Assembly (NCBI GenBank): GCA_964456515.1
Contig: CAYVZP010000001.1
Location: 33,297 to 83,158 of the forward strand
Reading direction: 5' to 3'
Origin: an uncultured Enterobacteriaceae bacterium
GTDB taxonomy: Bacteria > Pseudomonadota > Gammaproteobacteria > UBA6186 > Azoamicaceae
DNA: 49,862 bases
Of the stretch, positions 41,580-49,862 are shown piece after piece. The notes under the pieces are model-generated. The model did not search any database. It saw only the letters and a program-made list of their open reading frames with translations, and was not told the origin of the DNA. Every line of letters begins with the position of its first letter. The first letter of the stretch is position 1. The position numbers and the translations under genes were made by a program.

Positions 41580-42415
41580 ATATAAATTTTATAAAATTAA
41601 GTAAAATAAATATAGTTTTATCTATATGTTTATGTGTTTTATCGGTTATTTCTATTACATATAATAAAATAAATTTAGGGTTAGAATTTACAAGTGGGTT
41701 GGAAATTGAAATTCAATGTAATAATAATATTGATATAAATTTTTTTAAAAAAGAGCTTAAAGATTATAAAAATATAGTCATTAAACATTATGGGTCACAA
41801 AAACATATACAATTAAAAATAAAAAAAACGGAAAAAAAAAAAGATGAAATTTTAAAAACAATTCAAACTAAAATTAAAAACAATGGTATAATTTTAAAAA
41901 TAAATTATATTGGAGCGGAGGTAAATAGTAGTATTATAACTGATAGTATTAATGCTATTATAATTGCTATAATAAGCATGTTTATGTATTTAAGTTATAG
42001 ATTTAATATACAATTATCTGTTAGCGCGATATTAACATTATTTCATGATGTATTAATTTTAATTGGTTTAATATCATTTTTTGAAATAGAATTAAATTTA
42101 ATAGTAATGTCTGCCATTTTTGCAGTGTTTGGTTATTCAGTAAATGATACTGTGGTTATATTTGATAGAATACGTGAAAATATCAAGATATATCATGATA
42201 GATCTATTGAAAATATAATAAATATATCAATTAATAATACAATTTCCAGAACATTAATGACATCAATATCAACATTAATTGTAACAACTATATTAATTTT
42301 ATTTTGTGGGGATCATTTATTTTATTTTTCAATTATATTATCTATAGGTATAATTGTAGGTACATATTCTTCTATATATATATCAACAGCCATATTATTA
42401 TTAACAAAAAAGTAA
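41576..42415 (+). CDS. secF: Protein translocase SecF
   Basis: LGLEF..G, HD, GYSVNDTVVIFDRIREN, GTYSSIY. Confidence 0.96.
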   Translation: MNINFIKLSKINIVLSICLCVLSVISITYNKINLGLEFTSGLEIEIQCNNNIDINFFKKELKDYKNIVIKHYGSQKHIQLKIKKTEKKKDEILKTIQTKIKNNGIILKINYIGAEVNSSIITDSINAIIIAIISMFMYLSYRFNIQLSVSAILTLFHDVLILIGLISFFEIELNLIVMSAIFAVFGYSVNDTVVIFDRIRENIKIYHDRSIENIINISINNTISRTLMTSISTLIVTTILILFCGDHLFYFSIILSIGIIVGTYSSIYISTAILLLTKK

Positions 42416-42700
42416 ACATATAAATAACTTGTTTAAAGAGGAAAGTCTGGACTCCTAAAAAATATATTAGATAAAATCTAATAAATAAAAATTGAAAGAA
42501 ACTATTATAGAAAAAAATAATTGAAAAAAAATGTAAAAGATTAAAACTAATTGAAAATATTAATAAATCTTATTAGGAGCAAAAACAAACAAGATAAAAA
42601 TTTTTTTAAAATTATCTAGGTGTTTGCAAAAAAATATATACAAATTTATATTTAAGATAAATAATTATTAAAACAAAATCCAGCTTATAAATGTTTACTT
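42410..42700 (+). ncRNA. rnpB: RNase P RNA, about 290 nt, extremely AU-rich (ends approximate)
   Basis: GAGGAAAGTCTGGACTCC and ACAAAATCCAGCTTA (P4 halves). Terminal P1 helix AAGTAAACAT (42410-42419) pairs with ATGTTTACTT (42691-42700). Confidence 0.88.
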
Positions 42701-42717
42701 ATGTAAAAGGAAAAAAA

Positions 42718-43137
42718 ATGAATGAAAATAAAACATTGTTGTTAATTAAACCAGATGCTATGCAAAAAAAAATAATTGGTAAAATTATATCAATTTTAGA
42801 ACAAAATAATATAAATATTATACAAATAAAAATATTAAAATTAACGCAATTACAAGCTCAGGCATTTTATAACGATCATAAAAACAAAAAATTTTATTCT
42901 GAATTAATAGAATTTATGACATCATATAATATCACTGCTTTAATTTTACAAACTGATAATATTAATACCATACAATGCGTTAGAACATTAATAGGAGATA
43001 CTAATTATACAAAAGCGAAAGAAAATACAATTAGATATAAATTTGCCACAAGTTTAACTAAAAATACTGTACATGCATCAGATAGCATAACTTCTTATAT
43101 TAAAGAAAATGATATTATATTTAATGATAAATATTAA
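42718..43137 (+). CDS. ndk: Nucleoside diphosphate kinase
   Basis: IKPDA, FY..H..K.F...L.EFMTS, TIR, N.VHASDS; AAGGA SD before the ATG at 42718. Confidence 0.93.
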   Translation: MNENKTLLLIKPDAMQKKIIGKIISILEQNNINIIQIKILKLTQLQAQAFYNDHKNKKFYSELIEFMTSYNITALILQTDNINTIQCVRTLIGDTNYTKAKENTIRYKFATSLTKNTVHASDSITSYIKENDIIFNDKY

Positions 43138-44170
43138 AAAATCTTGGAAAATTAATTTAATTAATTTAAATCCAACATCAATAAAAAAAATTATATTATT
43201 ATTAAATGAAAAACCGTTTTATTATCAAATGATATTATTACATATATATAATAAAAATAATGCAAATTTAAATTTAATAAAAAACATTAATAATACTTCG
43301 AGATTTAAATTGCAAAATATATCATATATTAAATATTTATATATTAAAGAAACTTTATTATCTAAAGATAATACAATTAAGTTAATATTAACAAACAATC
43401 ATTATATAGAAAGTGTTTTAATTCCAAATAATAAAAATCATTTTACATTATGTTTATCATCACAAATAAATTGTATTTTAAATTGTTCTTTTTGTTATAC
43501 CGGTAAAATGAAATTTAAAGGTAATTTAAAACATTGGGAAATATTATCACAAATATTAATAGCAAAAAAAATTATTACAAAATTTATACACAAAAAAATT
43601 ATTACAAATGTTGTTTTTATGGGAATGGGTGAACCATTATTAAATTTTTTAAATTTATTAGCATCAATTAAAACAATAAACAATAAATATTGTATGAATA
43701 TTCATGTAAATAAAATTACTGTAAGTAGTGCTGGTATAACACCTAATGTAATACAATTAAACAATTTAAATATACGTTTAGCTTTATCTTTACACGCAAC
43801 CACAAATAATTTAAGAACTAAAATAATGACAATAAATAAAAAATATTCATTAACTGAATTGTTACATACATGTACCATGTTTAAGAAAAATAACCTAACA
43901 ATTGAATATATTATGTTAAATAATATAAATGATTCAAAGGTTGACGCGGAAAATTTATCACAATTATTAAAATACATACAATGTAAAGTATGTTTAATAC
44001 CATTTAATGATTTTAAAAAAAATAATTATAAATATAGTTGTAGTAAATCTAATAATATTAAATTATTTCAAAAAATATTAAAAAATAATAATATAATAAC
44101 AACTATAAGAAAAAGCATGGGATTTGATATAAATGGTGGATGTGGACAATTGTGCGGTAAATATGATTAA
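43124..44170 (+). CDS. rlmN: Radical-SAM RNA methyltransferase RlmN
   Basis: CLSSQ.NC...C.FC.TG, FMGMGEPLLN, SLHA, GCGQL; start uncertain (43109 or 43124). Confidence 0.93.
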   Translation: MINIKKSWKINLINLNPTSIKKIILLLNEKPFYYQMILLHIYNKNNANLNLIKNINNTSRFKLQNISYIKYLYIKETLLSKDNTIKLILTNNHYIESVLIPNNKNHFTLCLSSQINCILNCSFCYTGKMKFKGNLKHWEILSQILIAKKIITKFIHKKIITNVVFMGMGEPLLNFLNLLASIKTINNKYCMNIHVNKITVSSAGITPNVIQLNNLNIRLALSLHATTNNLRTKIMTINKKYSLTELLHTCTMFKKNNLTIEYIMLNNINDSKVDAENLSQLLKYIQCKVCLIPFNDFKKNNYKYSCSKSNNIKLFQKILKNNNIITTIRKSMGFDINGGCGQLCGKYD

Positions 44171-45215
44171 CATATATAATATTAAAGGAATAAAAGAAAT
44201 ATTTATACCAGAAATATACAGGTTTCAAAATATTGTAAAAACATTTGATGCAATTATTTATTCCTATGGATATAATGAAATTAAATTGCCATTATTAGAA
44301 AAAACGTTTTTATTTAAAAAAACTTTAGGTAAAAACTCTGATATTATAACAAAGGAAATGTTTTCATTTTATGATAAAAATAAAATTTTATTAACATTAA
44401 TACCTGAAGGGACAACAAGTTGCCTTAAATCATTAGCTGTAAAAGGATTTTTAAGAAATAAACAAAAAATAGATGTATGGTATATCAGTCCAATGTTTCG
44501 TAGAGAAAAACCACAAAAAGGTCGTCATAGATTATTTTATCAAATTGGTATAGAATCATTTGGAGTTAAAGATTATATAAAAGAAATAGAACATATAATA
44601 ATAATAAAAAAATTATTTAATAAATTAAATATTGAAACCATAATATTAGAATTAAATTGTTTAGACAACAATACTAATTATAAAAATATTTTATATAATT
44701 TTTTTAATAAACATTTAATAAATATAAAAATTAATAAAACTATAAACGTATTAAAATTATTAGATAAAAATAAAATTATAAATAATATACAATTACCAAA
44801 ATCAATAGATTGCTTAAATAGACAAATACGATATAATTTTATCAAAGCGATTTATACCGCAGCGAAATGTAATATATCATTTACGATAAATCATAGACTT
44901 GTTAGAGGTTTAGATTATTATGATAATATTGTTTATGAATGGACGAGCAATATTAATAATAAAAAATTAACAATTTGTGCTGGAGGCAGATATAATAAAT
45001 TATCATACTATTTATTTAAAATCAATACATATTGTACAGGGTGCGCTATAGGTATAGAACGATTAAGTTTATTATTATCACATTGTAACAAACAACCAAT
45101 TAAATTTAAAACATTAATAAATAATAGTAAAAGCATTCATATTAATTTAAAAATATTAGAACATATAAGAATCAATAATAATAATAAAAATTTAATTTAT
45201 AAAAATAAAAATTAA
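44163..45215 (+). CDS. hisS: Histidine-tRNA ligase, C-terminally truncated (about 350 aa)
   Basis: DI..KEM.SF.D, PEGT, PMFR.EKPQKGR.R.F.Q, LVRGLDYY, AGGRY, AIGIERL. Confidence 0.93.
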   Translation: MINIYNIKGIKEIFIPEIYRFQNIVKTFDAIIYSYGYNEIKLPLLEKTFLFKKTLGKNSDIITKEMFSFYDKNKILLTLIPEGTTSCLKSLAVKGFLRNKQKIDVWYISPMFRREKPQKGRHRLFYQIGIESFGVKDYIKEIEHIIIIKKLFNKLNIETIILELNCLDNNTNYKNILYNFFNKHLINIKINKTINVLKLLDKNKIINNIQLPKSIDCLNRQIRYNFIKAIYTAAKCNISFTINHRLVRGLDYYDNIVYEWTSNINNKKLTICAGGRYNKLSYYLFKINTYCTGCAIGIERLSLLLSHCNKQPIKFKTLINNSKSIHINLKILEHIRINNNNKNLIYKNKN

Positions 45216-45233
45216 ATACTAAATACTAAATAC
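45213..45233. repeat. (TAAATAC)3 perfect heptamer tandem repeat starting at the hisS stop
   Basis: Copies at 45213, 45220 and 45227. Confidence 0.8.
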
Positions 45234-45255
45234 ATTTATAATAGAAAAAAATAAT

Positions 45256-45585
45256 ATGAAAAATTTCAAACATACAATTTATAGTATATTAATTATATCA
45301 GCATCATTAATATTCACATTTTATTTATTGCATCATACAACTAATATCCAAAAAAAAGAATCTTATTTATATTATACATTAATATTACATATACAAAACA
45401 ATGATACTAAAAACGCAAAATATTATGCTAAAAAAATAATCCAAAACAAATATACTTCATTATATTATGACACGGCATGCGTATATTTGTACAAGCATTA
45501 TTTAAATTATAATACAATTAAAACATTTATTTATTATAATAATATAATTAATAAAAATCATTATATATTAACATCATTAACATGA
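45256..45585 (+). CDS. Probable shortened YfgM-like membrane protein
   Basis: N-terminal TM helix plus Y..S.Y...A helical pattern; lies between hisS and bamB (mostly synteny). Confidence 0.55.
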   Translation: MKNFKHTIYSILIISASLIFTFYLLHHTTNIQKKESYLYYTLILHIQNNDTKNAKYYAKKIIQNKYTSLYYDTACVYLYKHYLNYNTIKTFIYYNNIINKNHYILTSLT

Positions 45586-46660
45586 AAAAAATAATCATCA
45601 GTTTAAATACAATAATAATATTATTAATAGTTACATTTAATTTATTTGCATCATCAAATATATTCTTAAAAGATACTATATATATAAAAAATGCTAAAAT
45701 ATATTATTCAAATAACATCTTATATGTTATAAATAAAAATTATTTATATCAATATAATGATCGTAAATTAAGTAAAATAATAAAATTAAATATATATAAT
45801 AAAGTTAAAAGCGTCAAACATAATGCAAATCAAATAATAATAACCACAATAAATCAAATAATCATATTAAGCAAATTAAATCATAAAATATTATGGGAAA
45901 AATATATAAGTGGTAAAATATACGCATCAGTTATAACAAGCGATTCTATAATAATAGATAAAAATGCTGGATTAATCATAGCATTTAATCTTATTACTGG
46001 AAAACAATTATGGCGTAATCAAATATTAATGGAAAATTTTATTATTTTTACTAATTCAAAATTATTTAAACATAATAATTATATAATATATATTTACGCC
46101 CCAAAACAAATTATATTATTTAATAAAATAACTGGCAAAAAAATAAAGTCAATATATTTATACCATATATCTCAAATTAAATCCCTTGGTGTAGAAAATC
46201 ATAATTTTAAAATAAAAAAAGCATTAATATATAAAAATATAATGTTTATATGTAATACGTCAGGTGATTTAATAATATTTGATCTTATAAAAAAAAAAAT
46301 ACATTGGCAGGTAACTAATATGCAATATACTGATTGTAATAATTTTTTTATTATTAAAAAAAATTTAATAATTTTAAAAAACAATGGTATTATAGTATGT
46401 TTAAATAAATATACTGGTAAAAAACAATGGGAAAATACGTTATTTAAAAATAAAAATAATGTTAAAATAAATATAATAAAAAAAATGCAAATGATAATTT
46501 TATGCTATAAAAAACATATTTATATTATTCAATTAAGATCAGGTCAATTGATATTACAGAAAAATCTTCATATTAATATTGATGAAATTATAATAAATAA
46601 TTCAAAAAATATTATATATATAAAAACAAAAAATAAAATTAAAATAATGCAAATAATATA

Positions 46661-46661
<1 letters not shown>
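45582..46661 (+). CDS. bamB: BamB-like beta-propeller (PQQ-type repeats), highly diverged
   Basis: Repeated G.IIAFN..TGK..W and G..VCLN..TGK..W blades; position directly before der. Confidence 0.7.
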
Positions 46662-47935
<1,274 letters not shown>

Positions 47936-47983
47936 TATTTATAGTATACTTAATTAACATAAAAAAATAGGGTAAATATTATA

Positions 47984-48709
47984 ATGAAAAAATATATTGT
48001 AACAATATTATTATTGTTATATTTAAACACATGTTTTGCTAACAAAATTCTTGATACACAAATAAACTTTTTTTTGGGTAAACAATATTTTGCTGAAAAA
48101 CAATTTACGCAAGCAAATCATTTTTTTAATAAAATAATATCTGAAAATAACATATTTAATATATATGTACAGCAAGCTTATATATACACGCATATAATTT
48201 ATTTTAAACAAAAACATTATAATTTAGGTTTAATTAAATTAGCACGATTTGAAATAATTACTGGTAATATTATAAATAAATATTCTGATTACAATGCTGC
48301 GCTTGCAGTTTTATTTACATTACAAATAAATATAAAAAAACTAGCATATAAAACAAAAAATTATTTAAATAAATATAATTATAAGTATTATTTAACAAAA
48401 AATATGTTAAGTCAGCATAATAATATACCTGCAATTAATTTAAAACTTGTACATGTAAATAAAATAATTAAACACAATTATTTATATAAAAAATTAAATT
48501 GTGCATTATATTATATCACAAAAGAATCATACACTTTAGCATTAAAAAAATTAAATTATACAAATAATACAATCCCAAAAACATATTATGATTTTATACA
48601 ATTATCTTTAATACTTAAAATATATAATGAATTATTTTTATCTAATTATACTAATATAATAATTAATGAAACTATTGATAATATAAAAGAATATAAAAAA
48701 AATAATTAA
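47984..48709 (+). CDS. bamD: BamD (ComL)-like TPR protein, highly diverged
   Basis: 241 aa with a signal peptide; F..Y.QQA......YFK...Y........RF and A.YY....SY..A..K patterns recall BamD. Confidence 0.65.
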   Translation: MKKYIVTILLLLYLNTCFANKILDTQINFFLGKQYFAEKQFTQANHFFNKIISENNIFNIYVQQAYIYTHIIYFKQKHYNLGLIKLARFEIITGNIINKYSDYNAALAVLFTLQINIKKLAYKTKNYLNKYNYKYYLTKNMLSQHNNIPAINLKLVHVNKIIKHNYLYKKLNCALYYITKESYTLALKKLNYTNNTIPKTYYDFIQLSLILKIYNELFLSNYTNIIINETIDNIKEYKKNN

Positions 48710-48728
48710 CACTCTTTAAATTATTAGG

Positions 48729-48776
48729 TAGTAATATATAAATATTTTATGTTATTAAAATATTTATATATTACTA
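48729..48776. repeat. Perfect 21-bp inverted repeat with a 6-nt loop upstream of dnaX
   Basis: TAGTAATATATAAATATTTTA-TGTTAT-TAAAATATTTATATATTACTA. Confidence 0.9.
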
Positions 48777-48786
48777 TAATATAAAA

Positions 48787-49860
48787 ATGATTAAAATATT
48801 ATCAAATAAATGGCGCCCGCAAACACTATCTGAAATTGTTGGACAAAATGAGGCGATATATATAATTAAAAATATTATAAAAAACACACGTTTACATCAT
48901 TCATTTATAATTCATGGTAATTATGGAACAGGTAAAACTAGTTTGGCTAGAATTATTACAAAATGTTTTAATTGTGAAACGGGGGTTACTGACAACCCAT
49001 GTAATAAATGTTATTGTTGTACAAGTATAAATAATAATACTAATTATGATTCTATAGAAATTGACGCAGCTTCTAAAACAAAAATCGATGATCTTAAAAC
49101 TATTATAAATTTATCAGAATATAAAAATATAAAAAATAAATTTAAAACATATATTATTGATGAATGTCATATGTTATCTATGAATAGTTTTAATTTTTTA
49201 TTAAAAATTTTAGAAGAAGAAGTTAAAAACAATATATATATATTAGTAACAACACATATAAATAAAATACCAAAAACAATTATTTCGCGCTGTATTAATT
49301 TAGAATTAAAAAATATATCAAAAAATAACATTAAAAAAAGAATCATTCATATATTAAATACAGAAAACTACAGTATAAATAATATATTAATAAATCAATT
49401 AATAATTTATTCAGATAATAATTTAAGAACAACTATAAATACATTAGAAAAATTAGGATCAATAAAAAATATCACCAATTCACATATATATTCAATTTTA
49501 GGATTATCATCATACACACGTTTATTAAATATAATAAAAAATATATATGAAAATAATTTAAATCAAGTATTAAAAGAAACGTATTATTTATTAAATAAAA
49601 ATTGTAATATTAATAATATCATCAAACAGCTCCAGTTACTTTTATATAAAGTAATTTTACATAAATCAAATATACATTATGATAAACAATTTATTAATAA
49701 TAATATTTTTTTATATTTATCAAAAAATTTAACAATTAATATAATCAATAATATGTATAATTTAATACAAAAAGAAATACAATATATTAAATATTCTTTA
49801 AATGATGAAATAGGCTTTGAAATGTTAATTATAAAATTATTTATATTATTAAATAATTAA
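48787..49860 (+). CDS. dnaX: DNA polymerase III clamp-loader subunit, gamma-type only (357 aa)
   Basis: KWRPQ....IVGQ, G..GTGKTS.AR, PC..C..C, EIDAAS, IIDECHMLS, LK.LEE, SRC. Confidence 0.96.
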   Translation: MIKILSNKWRPQTLSEIVGQNEAIYIIKNIIKNTRLHHSFIIHGNYGTGKTSLARIITKCFNCETGVTDNPCNKCYCCTSINNNTNYDSIEIDAASKTKIDDLKTIINLSEYKNIKNKFKTYIIDECHMLSMNSFNFLLKILEEEVKNNIYILVTTHINKIPKTIISRCINLELKNISKNNIKKRIIHILNTENYSINNILINQLIIYSDNNLRTTINTLEKLGSIKNITNSHIYSILGLSSYTRLLNIIKNIYENNLNQVLKETYYLLNKNCNINNIIKQLQLLLYKVILHKSNIHYDKQFINNNIFLYLSKNLTINIINNMYNLIQKEIQYIKYSLNDEIGFEMLIIKLFILLNN

Positions 49861-49862
49861 AA

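Noticed and set aside
42691..42717. N-terminal extension of ndk
   Set aside because: That ATG is part of the RNase P P1 helix; an SD-preceded ATG lies at 42718.
43894..43921. dif-like site (TTATGTTAAAT matches the XerD arm)
   Set aside because: The XerC arm does not match, and the sequence encodes the conserved EYIML motif of RlmN.

Overview
Very AT-rich (roughly 20% GC by eye), tightly packed segment of a strongly reduced gammaproteobacterial endosymbiont chromosome using the standard code (TGA = stop). It holds the str/S10/spc/alpha ribosomal-protein operons on the minus strand. tuf and rpmD are missing from their usual positions, and spc is split between rplO and secY by a ~10.7 kb block. 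That block carries an NTT/TLC-family ATP/ADP translocase, tatC, cysS, cca, rsmD, two tRNAs, infA, rplM-rpsI, a complete cytochrome bc1 operon (petABC), sspA and a tmRNA. The right half has adk, valS, an APC amino-acid transporter, a CPA1 Na+/H+ antiporter, tRNA-fMet-nusA-infB, prmC-prfA-ung, tRNA-Leu, yajC-secD-secF, a very reduced RNase P RNA and ndk-rlmN-hisS-yfgM-bamB-der-bamD-dnaX. A well-conserved ATP/ADP translocase plus a respiratory bc1 complex in a tiny gammaproteobacterial genome resembles the respiring ciliate endosymbionts (Ca. Azoamicus-type); this assignment is an inference. Features absent from the ORF track were found by eye: rpmJ, four tRNAs, tmRNA, rnpB, a perfect 21-bp inverted repeat before dnaX, several tandem repeats and candidate sigma70 promoters. 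No mobile element, CRISPR or defence system is visible.
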